DNA of 64,000 nucleotides from Enoplolaimus lenunculus. Taxonomy: Eukaryota. The position numbers and the translations under genes are program-made. Every line of letters begins with the position of its first letter. Position 1 is the stretch's first letter. Positions 13,363-24,600 of this stretch are shown one piece after another. The DNA lies in the NCBI GenBank assembly GCA_030248215.1, contig JASANG010002859.1, positions 1 to 64,000 of the forward strand, given 5' to 3'. A model generated the notes under the pieces. The model was not told where the DNA came from. It saw only the letters and a list, made by a program, of their open reading frames with translations, and did no database searches.

Positions 13363-14763
13363 ATGCAGAACAACGCATGTATTGGCTGCTTACCACCACA
13401 TATTATGTGTGATATTTTTTCGTATTTTTCTCAACGCGACATTGCGACTCGACTCATGCTGGTATGCAAGCGGTGGTACGCACTCGGCGCAAGTGGTTGT
13501 TTTTGGCGAGAACTGAACGTTGACATTCCGTATATTAATCAAGATCAAGCCGTAGCCCTTGGCAAGTTGATATCAACACATTTTCGAGATCTTCATCGCA
13601 TGGCGTTCCATTGTGTTAGTATTGCTACTGTTGTAGATGACCTGACTCAGTCCAGTAGTAGCGCTTCAAGTAGTCCCTTAGCGAACGTTTTGGTGACTCA
13701 GTTGCCGAATTTGACTCATATCGATATGAGTTTTAATCGTTGGATGGATTTCGACGCAGTCGTTGCGATTGTTGAATGTTGTCCGTTGATCGAAGAATTC
13801 AATTTCGATGGCAATAATGCTCTGACAGATTCGTGTTTAGAATTTGTTGCGTCGAATTGGAAAACACTCAGCAAAGTGTCGTTATCGCATTGTGAACAAG
13901 TCACTGATGTTGGCGTGAGCACGCTGGTGACAATGCAAAACGAATCGGCAAAGTTGTGGTACGTCAATATTGACGGAGTTTATAAAGTGACTGATTTGAG
14001 TATTGGGTTAATGGCGAAAAAGTTTTCAGCGTCTTTGACCACTGTTCAACTGGATGGTATTAATTTAACCGATGCGTCAATTGAGTGTCTATGCTCAAAT
14101 GTGACTCAGTTGGCAATGCTTGGAATTTCGTTTTGTGAACTGCTTACAGACGAAAGCTTACAAAGTATCGCATCGCTTCGATGCCTGAGTCATTTACATT
14201 TACGCAAGTCGGCTCGGTTTACAACGGCAGGGATTTGTCGCTTGTTTTCGAGTCCAAATTTGGCCAAAACTTTAACACGATTAATGTTTTATGATATTGC
14301 ACAAATGAATACAAAGTGTGCGTTAGCGTTGGCAGCCAATTTGCATGCACTTCAAGTATTATGTTTGGACTGGTGTTATTATATCGATGATACTGGTTTC
14401 GCTGCGCTGTATCGATCCCTTGACAATTTGAAAGTACTCAGTTTAGTCGGAATACGATTTATCACAGCGTCGGTGATTCGTCAATTTCCAGACGGATTGC
14501 CGCGGTTACGCTTTTTGGACGCTCGAAATTGTAATAATATTGATGATGATTTGTTAGCTAGTCTTTTGGCGCGAAATCAACCAAATATACCAGTCGATGT
14601 AGCACGAACGCAGTCAAACAACAACCTGTCAATCGTTGATTACTACGGTGGGTTGTCGGAAAGTTTTGACCAAGAAGAACACGACAAACGGTATGAAGTG
14701 TCTTATATAAAACAACATATTGAAGATATTGATCGTGATGCGTTATGTTGTCTTGCATGGTAG
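13363..14763 (+). CDS. F-box / leucine-rich-repeat protein (FBXL type), single long exon
   Basis: N-terminal F-box IGCLPPHIMCDIFSYFSQRDIATRLMLVCKRWYAL...FWREL is followed by many AMN1-type LRRs (LSKVSLSHCEQVTDVGV, LGISFCELLTDESL, LDARNCNNIDD). First ATG is at 13363; a small upstream exon cannot be excluded. Confidence 0.9.
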   Translation: MQNNACIGCLPPHIMCDIFSYFSQRDIATRLMLVCKRWYALGASGCFWRELNVDIPYINQDQAVALGKLISTHFRDLHRMAFHCVSIATVVDDLTQSSSSASSSPLANVLVTQLPNLTHIDMSFNRWMDFDAVVAIVECCPLIEEFNFDGNNALTDSCLEFVASNWKTLSKVSLSHCEQVTDVGVSTLVTMQNESAKLWYVNIDGVYKVTDLSIGLMAKKFSASLTTVQLDGINLTDASIECLCSNVTQLAMLGISFCELLTDESLQSIASLRCLSHLHLRKSARFTTAGICRLFSSPNLAKTLTRLMFYDIAQMNTKCALALAANLHALQVLCLDWCYYIDDTGFAALYRSLDNLKVLSLVGIRFITASVIRQFPDGLPRLRFLDARNCNNIDDDLLASLLARNQPNIPVDVARTQSNNNLSIVDYYGGLSESFDQEEHDKRYEVSYIKQHIEDIDRDALCCLAW

Positions 14764-15092
14764 CTTTCGTATGCAATGAAATGGAAAACACGCTTGTGCT
14801 CAAATTTACGTTTGTATTGTACGTTGAATTAGCTTACAGTTGGAACTAAAACAATCACAATTTGTTAGATTCGCATTTATTCAAGCTGACTTCGTTTTAT
14901 AGTAAACGAAAAAACAGTAAAGAAATATTATATTGATCGTCGTACAGTTTTATCCATGACTAAAACCATTGTATATAAAGTGCTTGATCTACTAAACAAG
15001 ACGTATTTGTTAGTATATTTGTTATGCTGTTGCGACAGTTATGCTCATTATCTTAAATTATCGGTTTCATTGCTAGGTTAAGACACAAGTCA

Positions 15093-15760
15093 TTGTATAC
15101 TAATCACCGCACTAGTCATTTTACAGATGGGACAAATGTATGTTCGTTTTGTTATTTGGATGGAATTGAAGTGCGGGAGGATAATGTTCATGTGTTTATT
15201 TATTGTTTGCGGGCGCAAGAAATTAGTTTTTTCATTACTCCTGTTTTGCAACAGGTAGCTGGAGTAAATGAAATAACGATTTCGGATTTAATTTTGGGAC
15301 GAAATATTCACGACCCATTAAAGAGAATAGCTTTTAATTTCATCGTCCAACATGCACAATTGGCAATATGGAGTGCTCGATGTAAACTCGAGTTTAACAA
15401 TGAAAATGTCTGTGTTGTTGATGTTTTTCAGGAAAATGTTTATAGAAATTTGTGCAAACTTAAGCTGTATCTAAAAGAAGAATGTTTTTTTAAGGTTTTT
15501 GGAACAATAACCCGACAGAATGATAGCATGCTGGGTTTTCGAATGTCTGTTTCTCAGCGTACCTGATTTGTAGTTTGTTTTGAAACTAGGTTTCTTGTGT
15601 GCTTTTTAACATATTTGCTCTGAATAATATCCTTGCAAGCAGAGTAGAACAATGGGTAATTTTCAAGGACCTTTGTTATGTTATAATAATATGTTGTTGC
15701 CTTCTTTGGTTTATATAATTACTTTCGTTGATGTAAATGTGGTTTATCCTTTTAATAAAA
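15093..15760 (+). pseudogene. 5'-truncated L1/Tx1-type LINE: zf-RVT C-terminus plus putative 3' UTR
   Basis: CSFC...EDNVHVFIYC (CCHC zf-RVT) is followed by DLILG and LAIWSARCKLEF. There is no ATG-started upstream part. A T-rich tail follows, with AATAAA near 15754. Confidence 0.7.
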
Positions 15761-15830
15761 CCCGGGGTGTTCATTGCTATTTGATGAATTTAGTGTTATC
15801 AAGAGTTGATGATAGTTTCATGGACAAGAG

Positions 15831-16006
15831 GGCCCATGTATAGAACAGGGCCGGAACGTTTTCCGACGGGACTGTAATAGAGTAAGCGTAAGACTATTTT
15901 TGGCTTAGGCTTTAGGCTTAGGTATAGGCTCATTCTTACGCTTAGCTTAGGCTTAGGCTAGGAATATGCTTATACTACTGTTCCGGCCCTGTTCTGTACA
16001 TTGGCC
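15831..16006 (+). mobile_element. Telomere-repeat MITE with 8-bp TSD GACAAGAG
   Basis: GGCCCATGTATAGAACAGGGCCGGAAC ... GTTCCGGCCCTGTTCTGTACATTGGCC with a perfect TSD. Confidence 0.9.
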
Positions 16007-16313
16007 GACAAGAGTATATATGCAAGTTAGTTGTTTGTGCGCGGTACAAAATGAACCACCACGCGTTGCGTTTTTTTGCTATATCCCCCTTATTTAGAGT
16101 GAGGGGTCGATGCACTAGGAAATACTTACAAAGCTTCAGTGGTAAATTACTGTTTCGTGTAAGGTGGGGAGCATTTTTTCCGCAAGTCTAAAGCCAGGAA
16201 TTGTCTCAACCCCGAAACTGTGCCACCCTAAATAAGGGGGTGTATGCCAAATCGCAACGTTCGCTGGGTGCATTCTTTTGTACACATAATGTACTCAGTT
16301 GCATACTCTTGTC
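16007..16313. mobile_element. ACAAGAGT...ACTCTTGT inverted-repeat element; related copies ~30580-30810 and ~47733-47873
   Basis: Terminal inverted repeat plus shared internal motifs GGTACAAAATG, CGCGTTGCGTTT and CTGGGTGCATTCTTTT. Confidence 0.55.
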
Positions 16314-16794
16314 GGAATGGTCATTATCCACTGTTTGTATTATTGATGCGTAGGAGTTGTTAGATGGACACTTTTGTTAGTTACTCTTGTTTGTTATATC
16401 GCTAAATTGTGTACAGAAAACTAAATGATTTTAACACGTACCAGAGTCTTTATACAGTAAAATGTTTGGTTTTGAGTATTATAATTGCATTTTGAGTGAA
16501 ATGGATCGACTTAAATAGAATGTAATGCATTTATATGTCATGTAAAGCACCAAATATGGTGCTTTTTGGGCATCACCGTAAATCCGATTTAAAAAAAGTT
16601 CTGCCGTTGAATTAAACGTTATTTGTCTTGTATCAAAAGCTTGAACGACAATGCATGTTTAATATACCTACTTGGAATGTACTTTCAAATCTTGTATGCT
16701 CCAAAGTTTCCCAAAGGTTGAGGCTGCTCCATAGCAGTCTACGGAAAAAACTGCCCGTTTCTTACAGAGGTCGATTTTCTGATCGTTGTACCTT

Positions 16795-17253
16795 CACTGC
16801 AAAAAATGGTGAGTCAAATTGCCTGTCCGAAATAAAATCTACTCTCTAAAGAAATATGCTTAAAATTAAGTAAAACTGTTGCGGAATTAAGTGTCGGTTT
16901 TACTTACTATGGTGCTTGGCAAAGTTTTACTTAATTTTAAACAAACACAAAATTCTTAGTTTTACATTTACTAGTTTCAGCAAATGACTATTTACATTAT
17001 ATCAGCAAAAATTTACTCAATATTTAGGACACTTTATACATAGCACAGTTTATGAAATATATCTAAAGTAAAACAGAAAGTTTTTACAAAGTACGGGACT
17101 ACACAAACTGAGTCAAATTCGACTCCGCCAGGGTCCAATTCGACTCACTGAGTCGCACGTTTGACTCTGACGGAGTCGAATTTGACTCAGTTTGTGTAGT
17201 CCCGTAGAGCCTATTTCCGAGATAGTCAATTTGACTCACCATTTTTTGCAGTA
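16795..17253. mobile_element. CACTG-ended MITE (CMC/EnSpm-like); other copies 33445-33692, 34000-34193, 42410-42643, 48053-48251, 59840-59921, 63441-63665
   Basis: TIR CACTGCAAAAAATGGTGAGTCAAATTG / CAATTTGACTCACCATTTTTTGCAGT, internal GAGTC/GACTC palindromic repeats, and TA flanks in intact copies. Confidence 0.7.
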
Positions 17254-18662
17254 CTGCAGTGTAGCAACAAAACTTTGTATTTGGTTTCAGAAAAAAATTG
17301 TAGGTTCGGAATCGGATTTGAGAAACCCGAATCAGGCAAGACTCAGAAATATCTTTAAACTTAGGATATGTTTTGATTGTTACATTGTTAATGAAATATT
17401 GGTCTAAAAATTCAGTAGTCGCTCTGGTCGTAATATATCGAAACATATGCTGATAATCAAAAACGTATTTTCAACAGTTCAGAAATCTATATTTTTTCAT
17501 GCATATTAGTATGTAAAACGACGCGCTGATTTGAGTTGCGTCATTTTTTGCGTTTGATGACTGGTTTAGTGCACCTAAGCTACTATTAATTTCACAACAA
17601 ATGCAGGAAACTTTTCCTGTAACAACCAAACTTTTTGGATCAAGTTTGTGCTTTTTCTGCCTCAGGGGAGGAAGCTGGGCTTTCTTGAACCTTCTGCATT
17701 TTCAAAACGCTAAGCAGGATAGGGTTGTCGCTCCCAAACGCCACACTAAGCCGTTCATTTTTCAGACAGCTGGAATCGCTGATAAATCCGGTGCCCATCT
17801 ATAATTAAAATGCAGTGATATGCAAGTCAGGGGGGCTGTCAAAGCAGCAAATAGGTACAAAGGGAACTGACAGGTGGCGTACGCCAACTACGAAAATCTT
17901 CGTTTCCCTCCGCCGATTTAACAAATTTTGTACAGTCTGAAAACAATTTGATTTGCGTTCCATTTTCCCAACGAAAATATATATATGATGGTTCCATTTT
18001 CCCGATTTCCCAAGAAATATATTGCTACGTGTCCCTTACGCATTGGCTTAGGAATATGCTTATACTATGGCTTCAAGCCGGATTTATATATACATTTGCC
18101 AATTTTTCAACAGAGGTATGCTGTATGAGCGATTTGGGAAATGGCGAAATTCACCCAAAATCTTACGGTGCATTAGCTGTTTTTTGTTCAAATTTTAGAT
18201 ATATTTAAATGTTTCAATTGTGTTTGCAGAAAAATAAAACATTTTTTAACTTTTTATACGTCAATATCAGTTTCCGTTTATTTTGACCAGGCATGTGTGG
18301 ATTAGTCGTCATCGGTGATAATCGACACTTTTCGTGAGTATCGGTATCGGCACTGCAAAAAAATTATCGATTCTTTGGTGATGCTTTTTGCACGTAATAG
18401 TGAGTTGGAATGTTATCAATTGCACTCGTTGGCATATCGCAACTCGCCGTATTCTTTTGGCAGTCGCCGCGCGTCAAGTTAAAATAGCTTCTATACTTAG
18501 CGCACTGGGTGAGTGGTTTTAAATTTTAAAGGGGGGGCTGAGGTACCGCACAGTAAAGTTCAGCGTAGCCCTGAATATTTCAAGTAAATCTACGGGGGGA
18601 ATTGTTTATATTTTCGTCGCAGATATGGGATGTGTTAATGTTGTTATATATAATATACTAAT

Positions 18663-21600
18663 ATGTTTGTAAATCGTAACCGCTATTTGTCGGAACAATT
18701 TATACCGGATGATAGTCTCGTGAAAAAGAAAAAGAAGAAGAAAAAGAAACCGAAACAAAACACATCCGGTTATACTGCTGGTGATGGCGTGGCGTGTTAC
18801 AGCCTTGATCTGTCAAAGTAAATTGGCACATAAGTTTGATCGAGAAAGAAAATTTTTTGCTGAATCGGTGGGTAAAATCTCGATGGGGTTGCGCCCCGCT
18901 TATTAAGTAGAGCAGAATGAGTCTTTTGCCGAAGGGGGGCGCCACGCTCCTGCAAAAGTATTTGTGTTTGCTTTGATCTGAGATGATTAACGTAGATACA
19001 TAGTACAAGGTTGAGTTTGTTTTTAGGTGCCAAAACTGAATTTTTGTACGCACTTATATTCTAGTCAGTTTCAGCGAAATGGAACAAAAAAGTCTAACTG
19101 CGGTAATTAGCATAGTTACGATTTATTAACGAGTTAAATATGACCCACTGTGTTTGCAGCTAATAATGATGATACTACGTATTGTCCTAACAAACAGCCA
19201 CAATCATTGAACTATTAAATTTAGCGAATCGCTAAATACTCCTACTTACAGCCGGTCAGAATGTTTGAATTCCGCCCGTCACTACTTATTCAAAAGTCAC
19301 ATCCACCTTTTGTGAATCGCAATATTGCTGCTTGCGTGATCCAATAGAATTATACACAGGTTAATTGCAGCCATTTGACTGAGTCCGGCTTGGAAATCAT
19401 TGCGATTTTGTCGATTCCGAATTGCAAAATTTGGTTAAATACCGTGATTAAGATAAAAATGGTGCAAAACAAATTAAATCTTAGCGGTTTGTCTTACCGG
19501 TTTAGCTAGCGATCCTCGTACGATGCAGGTAAATAGAAACGTGTGAATATTGAAATATCAAAACTCAATTTTAGTGAAAGATACACTGAGGTTCGAACTG
19601 CAAGTGCCAACGGTTTTCGAAACGGTGATTCTGTGTTTGAGCTCAATTTTGCAAACTTGTTTACGAATATGGCCGGATTCTGCGTTTTCCAAACCAAATT
19701 CGGTTCTAAACCTTGAATTTTTGCCGACTCTGAAATCAAAGTTTGCCACCCTGGCTAATTTATTGTCAAGATAGATCATTTTTTTGTTGTTTACAGCCGC
19801 AACAATAAACGAGATTCGTTCGTTTTCAACCGGCCCGATGACGACTTTGATCAGGATGAAGTAGTCGCTAACGCTAGTTTCGTAACACATTCAACGTTTG
19901 CAGCCAGGGATGCTGATGTGTCTGACGTTGATTCGATTGCAGCTACGGATGCTCATCAAAGCAAACGCCGGAAACGAAAACGGAAAAAGAAAACTAAATC
20001 ACTGACGTTGGATGATTCAGTGGATAGTCAGTTAGCGACTGAAGGGTTTGTTTGTTTGTACTTAGAAATTGTGTCAGAAAACTCTGTTTTGAACAGCATC
20101 TGCCAAAATCCGTTTTGTTCGTGGAAGAACGCTTATATGATTTGCTAGCATAACAAAATGCTATTACTTAAACGGTTTTACTCGTGTGAATTAAAAATTT
20201 CAAGCAAAGAAGATATTTTTAAATCAGTAAACACATACTTTTGTACAACGCTACAACCAGTACGCAAATTTGTTTGCTGCTATTTCAACGTTAACATCGG
20301 TTCCGGTGAAAATATACTATCAGTGTTCTGGTATCCGGTACAAATTAACATCCGGGTGATCCCTCGGCCACTAAATGTAAAACTTGTCTTTGCATTTTTT
20401 GAAATTTTGGATTTTCTAAATTTAATTTAGACCAAGGCACAGAGGTAAATAGTCGATTCGGTAAATTTTATCGTTTTTAACAGTTTTAGCGATGCAGGCG
20501 CCAGAGGAAAATTCGTCGATGTTACTGCCGCTGGTAATCACAGGTAATTCGGTTAACCATCATAGTAGCGTTGGTTAGTTCATTATATATTACAGATATT
20601 AGGGTTTTTTGGCTAAACCCAGGGCATTTGCCCGGAAAAATACATAATATGTATCGTATCCACAAAAAGTATTTTTGCCCAACTTAAATGAACACGCGTC
20701 CTATGATAGGTGCAACGTTTTACGTTTTCGTGCAAGAAACTTGAGTTTGATCTGAAAATTGATCCGTTCTCTTTTATCCGCATTTATTTAACGAAGTGAG
20801 TAAAAAACAATTTGCTCGCTTTTATCGCATTCGGCACATGGATATTAGAAGCTAACCTTGTTTGTATGGGGAGCTCATGTGCAAGCTAAAACTCACGTTT
20901 TTCTAAAGTATACTCAACAAATTTTCTAGGTGCACGTGCAGTCACAACAAGCGTGTAAGCGCGTTTAACGCCTTGAAGTAAATTTTGTTTTATAATCCCG
21001 GCCTTCAAATTTTTATCTCAAGCAAATTGCTGCCGCGTACAGGTTTAGACGAATTTAAAATTCAGATATGTACTCAGCTATCAAATACGAATCTATGTGT
21101 AAACTTAAGCATTAATGAACTAAGTTGTAAAACTGGTATACAGGAAGTTAAGAATACTTTTCAATCAGCCACGGATATTTGAAGTGCAGCACAAAATTAT
21201 TCTCTAACAATAATAGGCAACGTGCAAAACTATGCGCTATGGCTGTCAGCGCGAGTACGGGTTTCACCAGTGTTTCAAGTCGTCACAATGTTTCAGCACA
21301 AATATAAAATTTGTCTAAACTACAATTAAGCCCTGTTCACACGTGCAAGTTTTTGCTGCGAAAACTTGCAGCTGCAATTTGCACTTGTAAGTTTTGTCCG
21401 AAATCCCGTTCGAAAAACTTGCAGTTGCAAATAATTCATTAAAAATCAAAACTGGGAATTTAGTTCACATGTGTGAATAACCGTGCAAGTTCAATGAATT
21501 TATTGCATCCGCTTTCTCGTTGGCTGATGAAAAAAAGCAAGTTCTGCGTACAATTCGCAGCTGCAAGTTCTCGTAGCAATAACTTGCACGTGTGAATAGG

Positions 21601-24600
21601 GCTTTAGCTTCGCAAAAAATCCTCCATGGACCTTGCATTTCGCGTAGGGTTTCAGGCGTAGATGTAACTATTTGGGGATTCATTCAATTCACCAACAAAC
21701 AGGACAATCCATGTGATGTAAGTAGAGCCTCAGCTTAACCGTAAATGTGCCATTAGGCAAGTAATTTTGTTGTTTTTGACAGTCGTAGCAATAAACGAAA
21801 TTCGTTCGTTTTCAAGCGGCCTACTGACGACTTTCATCAAGATCATGGAGTCTCTAACGCTAGTTTTGTAACACATTCAACGATTGCCGCCAGGGATGCT
21901 GATGTGTCTGAAATTGGTTCGACTGCAGCTACGGATGCTCATCAAAGCAAACGCCGGAAACGAAAACGGAAAAAGAAAATTAAATCGCTTACGCTGTATG
22001 AGCCGCCAATGGAAAATCAGATGGAGTCCGAAGGGTTCGTTTGTTTGCTTTAAGCATATGTTTTCCATTCCAATTCATACACACCGAAACGTAGAAATTT
22101 TGCTATGGCGGCAAATTGTTTATTTAGCATTTTGACAGCAGAAAAATTTTACTGGGAGCTAGTTTATGATCGTTTAATATTGTTTAGAAAACGCAAAGTA
22201 GTTTCGTTATTTTTTACAAGAAATACATAACGTTAATGACCAGAAATCTTGTTGGAATTATGAGTCGACCTTAATATGCAGCACCTGTCTTAAAATTTGA
22301 GACTCTGTCCATTAGTTTATGATTTCAAATTTACAATTTAAGGTTATTGGTCATTGTGTAAATTTTATCAATAATTATTTTAACTTGTAGTGCTCCAAGG
22401 CTCAGCGGAAAATGTGCCGATATTACTGCTACCGCTGGTCAGAGCAGCCAATTGACAGAAGATGTCAAAGATGTCACGCCGGAAACGGCTAAAACACATG
22501 AAAATGATACTGTTTGTGACAATACATGGTACCAAGAGGGTTTATTTGCAGTGTTTTGTGCAGCCTAAGGATGCAATCTAAACAAGAACAGTATATCTTA
22601 ATTAGCTTTTAATCCGAATTTTTATATAAAATACACTATCCTATGTGCGTACGGATTAGGCGCGGAGAGCCGTGGGGGCATAAGGGGATATCATATCCCC
22701 TTTGAAGTTGTATCTGTGAAACAAATTTGAAATTTTATGCAGCAAAATGACCAACTCGCGATATTTGATTTATTATAAAATATCTGTGTCACTTCCATGT
22801 TTTAAAACAGTAATGTAAAAAATGGGTCTAATTTATCGCTAGGTTTGGCGGCTAGGTTCTCTTTGATGTTATAGATTTGATTTGACAGTCAGCGTTCTTA
22901 CTCTACCATGTTGCAGGGGAACAAAGGAAACCAGGGGTCTGTGACCCCACCGGATCTTCACGAAGCTAAAATTTTACATTAAGTTGTAGTGCTTACATTT
23001 TGTTTGGGTTGTCGCTTGCTTTGCTCGCGAGGTTATTGATCACAATAGCAACCCTGTGAAAAATTCTTTGTGTAGAAATTTGTTTAATTATCACCCGTTC
23101 AAAATTTTTGCTGTCCACCGCTGGCAGGGTACAACCGGTGGTTTGATTCCAACTCCGGCAGTAAATTGACCTCTTTCTCCGGTAAAAATTCGACCTCGGG
23201 CTCCAGCAAATATTTTGCCTTTGGTTCCAGTACATATTTTTATTACCGACTGTTTCGTGTTTTATAGAAGACAGTTGTTCGGAGAGTTTGTTTTGCTATG
23301 GATAATTAAAATAGAAAGAAAAACAAAATTTTGGCAGCAAATTACAATATTATTGTTAAAATTTTCAAATTATTGTATATTATTAAAACAGCCTAATTTT
23401 TACTTTCCGAGTCCGGTTTCAGCTCTGACAAAATATCACATACGATTGCAACCGTAGTACGTATGTACATATGACATTTTATTTGAGATGGTTTCTTGTC
23501 TGACGTTAATGCTACGAGCGAATGACGTATACATTACTTGCCGTCTGTCTATTTCAGTCTAAAACATACCTTACACAACGGAATGTGATAGGCTGCGCTT
23601 TAACTTACCTTTATTGATTTGGCAATCTTCGCAGTAGAGTTGCATCAAGTTCCAGGTGGTTCGTTTATTCGGGGTATTTTCATCACCGAAAAACTTTGTA
23701 TCCGGTTATTTGTTTTTAAATGTGGCAACACAACATTGAAGTGTTTTCCTTTGAACATGTGACGTGTGTGTCAACATGAATTATGTATATATTGTTCCTT
23801 TTAGTATGCCGCCTACCTCAATGCAAGTCCAGGAACAGAATCGTGTCGCTGTTGCTTCACGCAACGCGTATGCCGATGGTACTGAAAGTGATTCATCGTA
23901 AGTCGTTTGTATAAATATTATTTTAAATTTTGGAGATTGATTTAAAGTATCGATAACGCCTAAGGGTAGCAGTTCGTTGCTGTCAACCATGGCTCACGTG
24001 TATATCAACATTGCGAATTGTATTTCTGGTTTTCCGTTCACTTCAATGAAACTTGGTGAAAAAAGCAACACTGGTCTTATCGTTCATTGTGGATTTTTCA
24101 AATCGAGTTAACGTTGTTCCAACTATGTTCATAGTATTTTTGTCGTATTCGTGGCTGAGTTTATTAGAATGCTTACTATGAATTTTTTCAAAAATACGTA
24201 TTGATGCATTTTAGAATATGCGACGAACCTGGGCAATCGGATATGGGTATGATTTTTACATAATGTTGTTGATTGTACAGCCTAAATCAGAGTTTGAAAT
24301 ATTTGCGCAGAATACGCACAGTGGTCGAAATTGTAATAACACTGTTGAACGGCAACATTATCGTCATTTTTGTCACCGCCCTCGGGCGGTGACTCTTGTC
24401 ATTTTAAAGTTTACTGAAGTAACTGCCATTTTTTCTTAAAATTCAGTTGATAGTTGTCTGCGCCCATGTTACGTTAAGAGGCGTCCAGGTTTCTGGTGGG
24501 CCTATAAAAGAGTACGGTTAAATTCTAGATTAGATTTTTTGCTTCGGCTTAAGGCTTAGGCTTAGGCTTAGGAATACGTTTAATCTACTGTTACACATTT

